Source: Lingula anatina
Taxonomy: Eukaryota > Animalia > Brachiopoda
DNA length: 64,000 nucleotides
Assembly (NCBI GenBank): GCA_051362555.1
Contig: CM120640.1
Span: 60,056,788-60,120,787, forward strand
Direction: 5' to 3'
In this document: positions 42,901-56,300 of the stretch, piece by piece
Numbering within the stretch: the stretch's first letter is position 1
Layout of the letters: the number at the start of each line of letters is the position of its first letter
Program-made: the position numbers and the translations under genes
Notes under the pieces: generated by a model
Told to the model about the DNA's origin: nothing
The model's database searches: none
Seen by the model: only the letters and a program-made list of their open reading frames with translations

Positions 42901-45900
42901 GGAACCAAAATTTGCAAAGTTCAATTCATGATGAAAAGGGACTAAATGTTATAATTTTGGAGTTACAATAATGTGCCATAAATTTCGTACAGAAAAAATT
43001 AATTAAAATAAAGAAAAGGTCATTTTGGTCAAAAATTCTTGAAATGGGAGGTGCTCCGAAGTTCCAGATGTTCAAATTTGATGAAATTATGTCATTTTTG
43101 ACCACAAGTCGCCTGCCTCGCCAAGCCTTATGTTTTATTTTTCCGGGGTTCAAAATTTATTATCCATTACCATACTGCACATTTTGCTTTCACCACCAAT
43201 ATGTACTTTTTGATACAGCGTAACTCGAAAACCGTATGGAATACAAAACAAGGCAGCAAAGCTGTCAAATGTACAGACAAAAAGCAGGAAATAACAAAAT
43301 AGGCTACTGTCAATTCTGATACAAAAGTACATTATGTTAAACTGCAAATTCAACATCAAATTTTAATTATGCTCAACAGGTAATACCAATGTAAGTAAAA
43401 TGTGTACCAAGCATAAGGCTTCAGGCCCATGGAAGTTCAAGTTCACACTTTGAAAATGTAAAACTTCCAGAAAAAGAAGTCAATTAGACTGCTTTTCCAA
43501 CGTCAGGCTGCATTTTAGTCCTGTATTTCTTTTTTGAAAGTTTTGCAATCATAAGTAACATGGTTTTCTCATAATGGTCATCATGGCAGCAGCACCCAAA
43601 ATTGTGTTTTCTTCTATTCTGATGCAATATTACATAATGGTTTACAGCATAATGACAATCAATTTTTAATAAGAAAATATACCTATCATGGATTTTCAGA
43701 AAATGTGACTATCATGGGTCTTCAAGCCTGTGGAACTTCAAAGTCACACAATGAAAATGCCAATATGTGAAAAATTAAATTTTCACAAAAAAATGTTTAA
43801 CTGGCAGATTGCATTGCCTACTGAAGCTATATTTTAGTCCCATGTTTCTTTCCTGTAAGTTTGAGAACAGTAAGTGACATGGTTTTTCTTAAATGGTCAT
43901 CATAGTAGCAGTGCCCAAAAATAGTTTTTTTTTTTCAAATTTTGATGCAATATTACATAATGTTTAACAGCATAATGACCATCAATTTCTAATAATAAAA
44001 TATTAGTATCATGGATATTCAGAAAATGTGACTAGCAAAGGTCTTCTGGTCCATGGAACTTCAAAGTCACAACTTGAAAATGCCAAAATGTAAACAAGAC
44101 AGCACTGTTCTGAAATGTTTTTTTCCACATTTTTAACAATTTTTAACATAAAACAAAATTAACAGTTTACTGCCATTTATATATGATCAACTAAAAAAAT
44201 TGATGAGATGGGAAAAAAATCAATAGAGCAGTGTTAAATGTCCAATTTCTTCCATTCTGAGATTCTGAACATAGTGAATGATTGAATCTGACAAACTGCA
44301 ATGATATGAGTTTATTTCCATTTTTGAAACTTTATTACACAATACACGATAACAAGTTTACCATCATTTTTACAAAATCAACCAACAATGTTGTAAAGAT
44401 GCAGGAAATGTCAAACAAACACTTTTACGTATCTTATTAATTAAATAATGAAACTGTTAACATGCCTTAAGAATTGAATCTGAGGAAATGTGAAAAAACA
44501 GCATAACTTCTAAAATAATGGCCCGATTATGCTGATTTTCAAACTCAACCTGAGTTTTAGTAAGATTAACCACTCCTGTGAGTTTCATGACAATTGGCCT
44601 ATCTGTTTTTCTTATATTGTGTTATCAGTGTTGTATATATGTTGAAAAGTGAAAAAAACAGCATAACTACTAAAATAGTGGCCCGATCATGCCGATTTTC
44701 GAACTTGACCTGCATTTTAGTAAGATTAACCACTCCTGTGAGTTTCATGACAACTGGCCTATATGTTTTTCTTATATTGTGTTAACAGTGTTGCATATAT
44801 GCTGAAAAGTGAAAAAAAAAAAACAGCATAACTTCTACAATAATGCCTCGATCATGTTGATTTTCGAACTTGACCTGCGTTTTATGAATATTCATCAGCT
44901 CTGTAAATATAAAGCCAAAAAGTAAAACTGTCTTCCACTTATGGTGTTAACGATAAAAGTGCACGGCGACGGCAACATGGACGGCGACGACAGATGCAGG
45001 TGATGGCAATATGTACATAATAAAATATATGTATCGTGGATTTTCAGAAATTGTGACTAGCATGGGTCTTCAAGCTCGTGGAGGTTCTAAGTCACACCTT
45101 GAAAATGCCAATATGTGAAAAATTAAATTTTCACAAAAAACCGATTAACTGCCAGAAAGAATTACCAAACAGACTGCATTGCCTAATTAAACTGTATCTT
45201 AGTCCCATGTTTCTTTCCTGTAAGTTTGAGAACAGTAAGTGACATGGTTTTCCTTAAATGGTCATCATGGGAGCAGTGTCCAAAATAGGGGTTTCTTCAA
45301 ATTTTGATGCAATATTACATAATGTTTAACAGCATAATGACCATCAATTTTTAATAATAAAATATTAGTATCATGGATATTCAGAAAATGTGACAAGCAA
45401 AGGTCTTCAGGCCCATGTAACTTCAAAGTCACACCTTGAAAATGCCAAAATGTAAACAAGACAGCACTGTCCTGAAATGTGTTTTTTTCCATTTTTAACA
45501 ATTGTTTAACATATAACAAAATTAACAGTTTACTGCCATTTTTATATGATCAACTAAGAAAATTGATGACATGGGAAAAATATCAATAGAACAGTGTTTA
45601 ATGTCCAATTTCCTCCATTCCGAGTTTCTGAACATAGTGAATGAATTAATCTGACAAACTGCAATGATATGAGTTTTTTTCCATTTTTGAAACTCTATTA
45701 TACAATACATGATAACAAGTTTACCATCATTTTTACATAATCAACTAACAATGTTGTAAAGTTGCAGGAAATGTCAAACAAACACATTTACATATCTTAT
45801 TAGTTAAATAATGAGACTGTTAACATGCCTAAGAATTGAATCTGAGGAAATGTGAAAAAACAGCATAACTTATAAAATAATGGCCCCATTATGCTGATTT

Positions 45901-48900
45901 TTAAACTTGACCTGCGTTTTAGTAAGATTGATTACTAATGTGAGTTTCATGACAACAGGCCTATCGGTTTTCCTTGAAATGTGTTAACAATGTTGCATAT
46001 ATGCTAAAAAGTGAAAAAACAGCATAACTACTAAAATAGTGGCCCGATCATGCCGATTTTCGAACTTGACCTGTGTTTAAGTAAGATTGATTACTCCTGT
46101 GAGTTTAATGACAACAGGCCTATCGGTTTTCCTTAAAATGTGTTAACAGGGTTGCATATATGCTGAAAAGTGAAAAAACAGCATAACTTCTACAATAATG
46201 GCCCGATCATGCTGATTTTCGAACTTGACCTGTGTTTTATGAATATTCATCAGCTCTGTAAATATAAAGCCAAAAAGTAAAACTGCCCTCCACTTATCGT
46301 GTTAACAAGGAAAGTGCACGGCGCCGGCATCGGCATCGGCGATGGCATCGGCGACGACAGACGCAGGTGATGGCAATATGTACAGACACTTCTGTGTCTG
46401 TACATAAAAACGGAGACCACTGCCAGTGTTGGGCTTTACATGCTCTACAAAATGCAAAAAAGAATGGGTCTCTGGCATTAACGGTTCCCGAATTAGAGAC
46501 AGTTTTCAGTTTCGGTATCTTATGGCCGCTACTCCCGTGAAAATGCACCAATTGACCCCAAATTCACGGAGATGAAAGATGACCTGAAGGGTAACACTTT
46601 CCAATAATATTATTGGTTAAGTCTGTGTGGTGTCTGAATAACAGGGCAAATAATTTTTTTTTCGTAAAAAATTTCATTTTTTTGAAAATTTTGGCCCATT
46701 TGACCTTGAAATAAAGGTCAAAGGTCAAATCCAAGGGCATATTTGAAATCTACACATATGACTTTTGGAAAGCCGTCTGTAGAAATTTTTCCCATAATTC
46801 CTCCCGTGGGTAGATAATTAGCATTTAATTTTGCCATTTTTAGACAAGGGTGCATTGCAATGAGTGCCACACCTAGACCCCAATACCGACAAAGCCCAAA
46901 TTTTACGTGGAACGAGTTGAGATTATAGGTGACCTAAATCGAAGAGATGGGTAGGGAGGCCCTTACCGTCTAGGAGGAGAAGCGGTAACGGTAGCCATCC
47001 GGCGGAGCCGGCGGAACGATCCGGACGGGACTAAAACCATGTGTACCGCCAGCGCTAACGCTGGTGGTACAATTACTACCTTCTTTACAGAAACACTTTA
47101 AAATTTAATAAGTTCCTAATATTTCATTGTAGTTATCAACTTTCTAGCTTTCTTCAGTGAAAAAAAAATGTTGAGTTAAATCAAAAATGGAACTTGCAAG
47201 AAAAATTTATCAAAAAACACCCTTTTGTCTATGTCTCTCATACATGACTCCAGTTCCTGTTCCCACTGCATGATCCTGTGGTTCCTTCACCACCTCAATC
47301 TGTATAGGTATCTGTCCTAACCTTCCCTCTATCATCTTCCTGGCTACACTGGCCATGGTTTTAGCAACCTGAATATACATTGCCAATTATTAGTGTAGCT
47401 TTATCTATTTTAAACTTAATCATTATATTTTATTTAACTTTCAAACAAAAAAAGGATATGGCTTCTAAATCATTGATTAACACATATTTTTGCAATTTAA
47501 ATCATCTGAATGAAATTCACCTATGTATTTTGTATGTTAAATCACAGAAGTAAAGATATACTTCCACGGTTAAATCAAAATGTAAACTTTACATAAAAGG
47601 ATGTTGATTAGTGCAAAGAAGACTCTCTGAGAAACTTTAAAAAATACTGACAACCCCTTCATCAACTTTCCTGATAGATTTCCTGGTATTCCCTACATGT
47701 AAGTTGATTTGTTCAACTTACTGACGGCACCTACCTCAGTAATAAAGGTCACCCTACAGGCCTGTAGCCGGCAATTTCAAAAGGGGGTTCTTTTTCTGAA
47801 AAAGTGGACCTTTTACCATGAAACCTTTATGTACCTAGATAAAATCTTTAACCAAGAGGGGACCTTTTCCTAGCAAAAGGGGGGGGGGGGGGGGGGTTCT
47901 TTCGAACCCCCTGACTCCCCTGGCTACTGGCCTGCCCCACTTACCTTGATTGGTAATACTCCAGCAACAAATGCAATTCCTGTCACTTTGATTACATGAC
48001 CTCTGTCTGTCATCTCAACTGCATGAAGACATCTGACTGGCTCAGTCCTCACATGGACCTCACCACCGCCTTTGGGATAATAGCCCCTAGGTGTTTTATG
48101 CATATTTACAATTGAAATCACAAACTTTTCTTCAAAAAGACACATCCTATAGAAAGAAATCCCACCCAGACATGTTTACTTTATATTTACCAATATTTCA
48201 ATCTTAAATTTACACCCTATATAATAGATCTTACTGGTATAGCAATGTATGCTACAAGTTCTCCAACTAAAGGGGCTAAGAATGAGGCAATACTTCAACC
48301 ACCTCAAAGATCAGAGTGAAAATTGATTAAACAACCCTATTTTACTAATATTATTGGATAATATAACATTACTTTTCTCATTGTTTATGAAAAATATCTA
48401 ATATTCAGAAAGAAACTAACCTTTTTATAATATCACAACTGAAATTAACTCCAAATCTTTCAGCTATTGGTTTGAATACCTGAAGAAAAAAACTTTCAAG
48501 AGGAAAATAAAATAACCATGTACAGTAACAAACTGTAACACAATAATGCTGGTTAGAACAGTTACTCATTATTAAACAGCGTCTCTTAATAAATGGATTC
48601 TTCACTCTCATAGTAATTGCAGAATCCTCATACACATGCAGATTTAAGGCTCTAAAATCCCTTTGGATCTTTGAGGAAACTGTCAATCTTTTTACAATTA
48701 TATACACTTTAATTATTGCAAATGGGAAATCTGACTTTTATATTTAACATGGAAAACTTTCAGTTTTGACAGCCAAGAGAGATGGACCTGGATTCCTTTC
48801 CAACTACAAGATTAAATAGTTTGTTTCTAACAAAAGAAAATGAGTGATCTTAAGTGAAAACTTCTTACATTTATTCCAATTCATCATTCCCTTACCATAA

Positions 48901-49891
48901 TTGTGTAGTCTAGCTGTGGAGCAAAACTAGCATTTGTTCCTCCTTTAAGAATCATCTCTGTAGGTCCACTAGCAAACAGCTGGCAGGGCAAAGACACTTG
49001 GATCAGAAGGCATATACTCCTGCACATGAAAAGTCATAATAATAACTAACTGATATAACAAATAACACAAATGATTAGATATATATCATTTATTTCATAT
49101 TCAATATGAAATGTATTTTCAGAAAAAAAGAAGCCTCAATAAGATCATTCTAAATCTGCTTGGTTATGTTACCTAAATCAACCTTTGCCTAAATTTGCTG
49201 TTGAGATCAAGTCTTCACAAAGTGAACTACACTGAGAAACTTGATATATCATGTTGGCATATCAATTTTTATTTAATAAAATAATTAAATAATTGTAAAA
49301 CATTTTACAAATGCACCACTGTGTGCCTGTGACATCCTTACCCTGCTGTTTTGGTATCAGCCACATGTGTCCCTGACTTCACTTTCCCTGGGAAGAATGT
49401 GATATCTGTTGATGAGACTTGTCCTCCTTGTAGTTTTCCTTCACAGAGCTCCTGTACAAGTTCAAGACCTGTCAGATGCTGTGGCCTGAATTACATTGAG
49501 TATTGAAGGTCTTAAAAATACAGTTTGGTAAATTTGCCTCTTTGTTCTAACATATCTTAACAATTTAGGTGAATATGTAAATTTGAACAACAAGATTTGG
49601 CTTAGTGAGATGTCAGAATTATGCATATCACCTTAATCCAGGCCTGTCTCTCCCTGCTCGTATATTGTTCACATGGATCGGTTTTCCTAGAAGGCAACTG
49701 AGTGCAGCTGCATTGCGCAGTATTTGACCACCCTGTATATCATAAACCAAATATGAGAAATAATTTACATACATGTACATACATTTACAACTTGCCAATG
49801 AAACATAATTACTAATGTTTGTCGGTGAAAAATAATTATAGATGCAGTCATATTTATAATTTACCGGGATACTTGAACAATCCAAAATTGT

Positions 49892-49959
<68 letters not shown>

Positions 49960-50014
49960 ACGTTACCCCTTCTAGAATCCCTCCGTCGATATCAATCATC
50001 TTGTCGGTCGACAT
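39998..50014 (-). CDS. RTCA: RNA 3'-terminal phosphate cyclase (about 361 aa)
   Basis: Exons 50014-49967, 49732-49632, 49485-49342, 49019-48896, 48479-48421, 48086-47945, 47368-47244, 42097-42039, 41298-41204, 40634-40530 and 40081-39998. Motifs [64 protein letters not shown] and SLHTETAI (catalytic His). Confidence 0.96.
41816..41970. mobile_element. MITE, same family as 19511-19635
   Basis: TIRs cagacatgag...ctcatgtctg. Confidence 0.55.
42143..47072 (-). mobile_element. HINE family 2 copy in RTCA intron 7, interrupted by a nested HINE-1
   Basis: Reverse complement of 56801-60311. It has the terminal hairpin tgtaccgccagcg..cgctggtggtaca (47042-47071), the stem-loop gaggcgataccgcctc (about 42158-42173) and about four 146-bp units at 42330-42930. 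Confidence 0.88.
43245..46410 (-). mobile_element. HINE family 1 copy B (head-to-tail dimer), nested in HINE-2
   Basis: Begins aaaacaaggcagcaaagctgtcaaatgtacagac and ends atgtacagacacttctgtgtctgtacataaaaa. A second 5' module at about 44960-45020 marks an internal duplication. It sits in the T-run that is intact at 57479-57485 in the other HINE-2 copy. Confidence 0.88.
47757..47933. mobile_element. MITE 10 bp from an RTCA splice donor
   Basis: TIRs caggcctgtagcc...ggctactggcctg with an internal poly-G tract. Confidence 0.6.
49890..49955. repeat. Compound (TG)n(AG)n microsatellite in RTCA intron 1
   Basis: Directly visible dinucleotide runs. Confidence 0.95.
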
Positions 50015-50371
50015 TCTATCTGAAGCAAAACGTGACACCGAAATAAATTTTTCTGGGTGCTCGGTGAATCTGCCAGTCGCTCTACTCACTTTCACAAGCA
50101 GTCGCAACATAAATGGCCTTGACTTTGGAATCGAAAATGAAAGAAAGGGGACACGCCTCTGCAAGACAAGACTGGAAAAAAATGAAAACCTCACACTTTT
50201 TACAGCTTCATAGTGTTTTAAATATACAGTTCTATTGTAATTTGTCAAAATAGAAGAACGTCGTTTTTAATGTGCCAACAGAATTCACAAACTTTCTAAG
50301 TTTGGACATTTTTCCGTTGTATTAAGCTTCTTCATCTTGAATAACGCCATCTATAAATAAACAGTGAAACG
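50015..50371. promoter_or_regulatory. Bidirectional promoter region between RTCA and DBT
   Basis: Divergent ATGs at 50014 (-) and 50372 (+), 357 bp apart. YY1-like cgccatct at 50345-50352. Confidence 0.7.
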
Positions 50372-53300
50372 ATGGCAGCTCGTGGACAGAGTTTGATTCG
50401 AGGACTTAGTTTAAGAAGCAACTTTGGCTTGGTGAGTGAAATATTCTGTCGAAAGTATGTGCAGAAAACGCAATATTATTATTTTTGTTTAAATAGGGTG
50501 GTATCATAAAACTAATACAGAGCTAAAAGAGGTGAGGTCAAAGAGGGCAGATTGACAAATGTTAAATATTGCAGGGTCCAGGGTAGCACGAAATTCATGC
50601 ATTAGCACTCCTACATGCAAACGCATAAAAAGAAAGGCTTCAAAAAATGTTAAAGAAGACCATTTTCCGCACCAGCCGCCGTGTGGGTGCTCTCAACTTC
50701 TTTTATCTTATCTCTCATCTCCTCATGCAATTCGCAAGTTTCCCCCATCAACAGAGCTGAGTGAGGTACCCAAGTAATATCCATCTGTTCATTTACCAGT
50801 TACGCTGTTGTAAATTCATACACGCACTCTTGATAAACAGACTTCTTCATGCAAAAATCTCTCTCTCCTTTTATAACTCCAATGAGCAGTGTATTGATGT
50901 TATACAGTTTCATGTAATGGTGTCAGTGGACAATTAGTACTACATTTATGGCATTGTTTTATTCCATGATAAATACTATGGGCGGCGGTTTATACAAAAA
51001 TGCAAAACACGATTAGTCGTCATCGTTATCAGATCAGAAGGCAAAATACGACTAGTAGTCGTCAAAACGCAACTAGTCATCAAAACGCAACTAGTCATCA
51101 AAACGCAACTAGTCATCATCAAAACGCAACTTGTCATCATCAAAACGCAACTAGTCATCATCAAAACGCAACTTGTCATCATCAAAACGCAACTTGTCAT
51201 CAAAACGCGATTTGACGCCAGATGGCGCCCGTTGTACGAAAATCTAGGCCAAGTCACATGATCCACAGTGATCAAAATGGCGGACGTTATTGAAGCAGCA
51301 TTATCATATTCCTCTCTCGAACTCGAGAATTATCTCGAGTTCGAGATATTATTATATATATATAATATCATTATTAGATTGTACGCGTAGAGATAATTCT
51401 CGAAATAATAAATAATTAAATAATTTATTAAATAATTTGGACATGTTATAAATAAAAAAAAAACAAAAACACACACTTGTGAAGCACTGCTTTATTGTTG
51501 TACTCATTTCACAAGTTCCAGATATTATTATATATATAATATCATTATTAGATTGTACGCGTAGAGATAATTCTCGAAATAATAAATAATTAAATAATTT
51601 ATTAAATAATTTGGACATGTTATAAATAAAAAAAAAAAACAAAAACACACACTTGTGAAGCACTGCTTTATTGTTGTACTCATTTCACAAGTTCCAGATA
51701 TTATTATATATATAATATCATTATTAGATTGTACGCGTAGAGATAATTCTCGAGTTCGAGCGAGGAATATGATAATGCTGCTTCAATAACGTCCGCCATT
51801 TTGATCACTGTGGATCATGTGACTTGGCCTAGATTTTCGTACAATGGGCGCCATCTGGCGTCAAATCGCGTTTTGATGACAAGTTTCGTTTTGATGATGA
51901 CTAGTTGCGTTTTGATGATGACAAGTTGCGTTTTGATGATGACTAGTTGCGTTTTGATGACTAGTTGCGTTTTGATGACTAGTTGCGTTTTGACGACTAC
52001 TAGTCGTATTTTGCCTTCTGATCTGATAACGACGACGACAAATCGTGTTTTCATTTCGACTGATCTAATAACGATGACGACTAATCGTGTTTTGCATTTT
52101 TGTATAAACCGCCGCCCATAAAATACTTTCCACTTACTTTTTCAGTTTAAAACACTCCACATAAGACGCCAGTGTATACAGTTCAGAAGAACCTTTAGAA
52201 CTCCCAACAGTTGGTATAGGGGTTGGGATAAACGATTTTTAACATTTACTTCTACAAGGAGTATACATTCTACACCAGGTGGTATTGTTAGATAGTAATA
52301 ATAATAAGTTCTTTGAAAATGTTAGTCTCAGTGATGTGTACAATATTTTATAATTCTGCTGGCATCATGGGTTCTTGGGAGAGATACTTAGTGATAACTT
52401 AAAAGGAAGTCATTCGTATTAAGAAATTTGAATTATTTTACAGAAATTTAATTTGAGTTATAACTGTAACAGTCTAAGGCTCATGCAGTAGCTGATTGTG
52501 GCCAAATGATTGCTTTATTCCACATGAAGAAGGATTTTTTATTATATAGACATAATGTTTTAATTTAAATGTCTATTAATTGTTCTTGTCAATCTGTTGA
52601 AGCTGCTCTAGGAGAAGTTGTCCAGTTCAACTTATCAGACATTGGAGAAGGTATACGAGAAGTTACAATCAAAGAATGGTGAGTTACTAAACTCATGTAG
52701 CAGTTATTTCCATGAGCTGTAATTCATTTTATCATTAATATGTAGGGCAGTATCTTCAGGTTAATCAATATATATATCAAATGTGTCCAGTTAAAGATGT
52801 TAAATGTATTTGTGACTCCATTTGCTGTCTAGAATTCTACATGCTCCTGACCAAGTAAAATGTCAGAGTAGCCGTGATTCACTCTTAGATCAAGTACTTT
52901 GTATTGGGGAGTTCATGAACTTGCATATTAATCCAGACATGTCTAACTGTATGTTATCTACATTTCCAAGTGTTCTGAACCACATAAACCAGCACACGAA
53001 CGAAACGGGGTGCCTCGATATGATCCCAGACGACTTTTGTGTTTTTAATCTCCAAATACTTAAAAAATCAATAAAGCTAATAAATAGGCCGTCTACAAGA
53101 ATCTATTATATCGTATCTTTTATATTAATTATTATTAAATATCACAATGATAAACGAGTCGCCTTTTGATGCACGCCCGGCTATGACCTCTATTAAAAAA
53201 TATCCATTTTTACCAGATTACAAATTGTATCGTATTGTTTGGTTCCATTGCCTCGCTTTCAAAAATTAGAACAGGCGCTCCAAAATCGTAAGACGAAGTA

Positions 53301-56300
53301 AAAAATTTTATATTGACCGAGTTCGCCCCCCAATAAGAATATTCTTACAGCATTATCTGCAATTAACCTTCTTACGATTTTTAATGTATTTTGCAATATA
53401 ATTTTCAATCTGCCCGATGAAGAATTTTATTAATCAAGAGTGGGGGAGGGGTGGAAAATCCCCTTGGGGCCACATATAACACTATAAATGCGAAGGGAAT
53501 CCCCCTTACAATGACGGCAAAATGAATGTTAATCAGGAAAGTCCGATGGATTTGCCTTTTAAAACATACAATCAACAAAATATTTCTAATATGATTTCTC
53601 AAAACAACACCAGAAAGCAAATTAAATCAAATCAACCAGACGGTAAACACCGGCATGCTTTGTCAGTTTCACCATTTGTTTATTTCAAACAGAGTACTTT
53701 ACGCGCATGCGCAGTAGTTTGAGACCTGTGCTACATAAACCATGTCCATGTAAGTATTAAGGACCAAAGAAACCAGTTTAATTGCGGGCCAAGTGAATTG
53801 TTGTAATCATGCTGTCTTGCTGTATTGTCTAGGTTTGTGAGTGTAGGGGACCAAGTGAACCAGTTTGACAGTATCTGTGAGGTACAGAGTGACAAGGCTT
53901 CAGTGACCATCACCAGCCGTTATGATGGGGTGATAAAGAAGATCTACCATGAGGTGGATGACATAGCAGATGTGGGGAAACCTCTTGTTGATATAGAATT
54001 GCAGGGGGAAGCTGAGGGTATAGTAAATTGAATTTTGAATGTGTGTATATAAATTATCTTTTCTTATAGATACTGTCTTGTGATTCTAAAACTCTCTCTA
54101 GTGATCTCATATCAGAGTCTATATTAAATTAGATTTTTGAGTGTGTATGTGTCTGTCTGTCTGTCCATCTTTTTCTCTTTATAAATTATCATGTTTTCTT
54201 ATAGCTACTGTCTTGTGATGCTTAAACTCTCTCTAGTGATCTCATGCCACATATTTGTGTTATACATATTGGATATATTTTAGTCTCTATTTTATTACAA
54301 TGTACAAATGAAATAAAGATTTGTTGAGGTTAAGCTTTTGTAATATCTTTTTTACATTTGTAAGACATTGGTCAGTTAGAGGACCAGGATGATGTGGAGG
54401 TGTCATCAGGTGACCAATACACCATGCAAGAGGTTAAGGGTCACAAGGTGCTTGCTACACCAGCAGTAAGAAGAATTGCTCAAGAACACAGTGTAAGTAG
54501 TAAAAATAAGATATTCTATCAAAGTATGAGACTTTAATAAATGTGCCTTTACAAACCTACCAAAAAGTAAAATTTGCATTTGGATACAGATGTTTGAATG
54601 GATGAAAAAGGTGAATTTTTGTTGTGGGGATGGATGAAGAGTACTGCACGCATGGATTAAATGTTTTATTGTTTTTAATGGCAATTTCTTATCATTGTTG
54701 AAAGCAAATAAACAGTCAGCATAATCTTTGACTGCAAGAAAATAATACACTGATCAGAATTTTGTGATTATTGCTACAGGTGAAATTAAGTGATGTTCCT
54801 GGAACTGGAAAAGAAGGAAGGATATTAAAAGAAGATATACTTAAATATATTGAAGACAAAAAAGCTGGAAAAGGTATCATAGTTGATATCCAGAAAGAAT
54901 GAAAACATTTACACTGTTTTAATGAAAAGTGTGCTTATATGTGCATCTTCATTAGATAAATTGTACAATAAGAAAATCTAAAAAAAATGTAATGATACAT
55001 ATTTGTCTGATAGATACCACATTGTATAAGGCACAGGTATTTTGATAATTTAAAAGTCCATTTTTGTCTGTTCTACAGAAGCAGCAGCTCCAATCTCCAC
55101 ACCCCCTAAACCACCACCCCCTGCATTCACCCCAGAGATTGTTGTCCCACCCCCTTCTGCTACCCCTACACCCCCTCCAGTGTACGTCCCCCCACAAGTC
55201 ATTGGTGAAGATACTAAGGTCCCAGTGAAGGGCGTGCGTAAGGCTATGGTGAAGACCATGGTAGCAGCCAATTCCATCCCACACTTTGGATATTGTGATG
55301 AAGTGGACTTGTCAGCACTGATTTCTTTAAGGGAGACTGTGAAAGCTGCCGTTCAGCAAAGGGGAGTCAAGTTCTCCTTCATGCCTGTCTTTGTTAAGGT
55401 TAATTATTTGTTTTATTATAATATCATGCTACTTTATTTCCTTTCCTAAAAATAATTTGCATCTTTTCTGAGACCTGGTTTAATGTGTTATGTATGTGGA
55501 ATTTAGATGAAAATTGAAAAAAAAAATGCATTAATTCAGATATTATGGAAAAAGTGTTTAAGTGATGTAAATACAAGTTTTATTTGATCTACTCCTGCAC
55601 TGGAAAGGGGATGAATTCATGGTTAAATTGCCTATTTCTTTTGTTCATTTCAGGCAGCTTCATTGGCTCTACTACAGTTTCCCTCATTAAATGCACATGT
55701 AGATGATAATTGTGAAAATGTTATACATAAGGTTTGTAAATTATTAATAATCTTTTTACACATTTTTTCCTCTCATCTAAGCTTTTAACATGTCTTGTTT
55801 AGATTGATTCAAATATTTAAGATATTTTGTTTATATTAATAATTATAGTAGCATTTTATATGTTAGTATAATGGACATTTTTAAAAGATTTTAATGATTT
55901 ACATTTCAGGCATCGCATAACATCAGTCTAGCCATGGACACCCCAGCTGGACTCCTTGTTCCAAACATAAAGAATGTCCAGGCACTGACCACATTCCAAG
56001 TGGCCACAGAGTTAAACAGACTAATGGTGCTTGGGGCAGAAGGAAAGTTAGGGCAGGATGATCTGGCTGGGGGCACTTTTTCTCTCTCAAATATAGGTGT
56101 TGTAAGTAAATTTCTTGTTATTTGGTTGATGTTCAGGAGAGAATTTTTTTAAGTAGTGCGGTAACTCATTCACACACTGTCCTTGCAAGACATGTTTGTG
56201 GCTTTAATTTAAGATTTGATGTAATGTTGACTTCAAGAATGAGAGAAATATTAATTGTGCACTTTGTTGTAAATGTATTTTAATTAGAATATGTGTTTTG

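Noticed and set aside
49628-50248. 206-aa ORF reading through RTCA exon 1, intron 1 and exon 2
   Set aside because: The 234-nt intron is in frame and stop-free partly because of the microsatellite. Canonical splice sites restore the conserved LEG|GGQ motif, and retention would break the fold.
50559-50777. ORF and acceptor-like site in DBT intron 1
   Set aside because: Splicing in from exon 1 hits TAG after three codons. Exon 52146-52278 fits the phases and continues the presequence.
50976-52121. Mirror-image repetitive ORFs (MMTSCVL)n, (HQNATSH)n and (VIKTQL)n
   Set aside because: They are translations of the minisatellites in the two arms of a palindromic transposon, not genes. The repeats have no unique spacers, so this is not a CRISPR array either.
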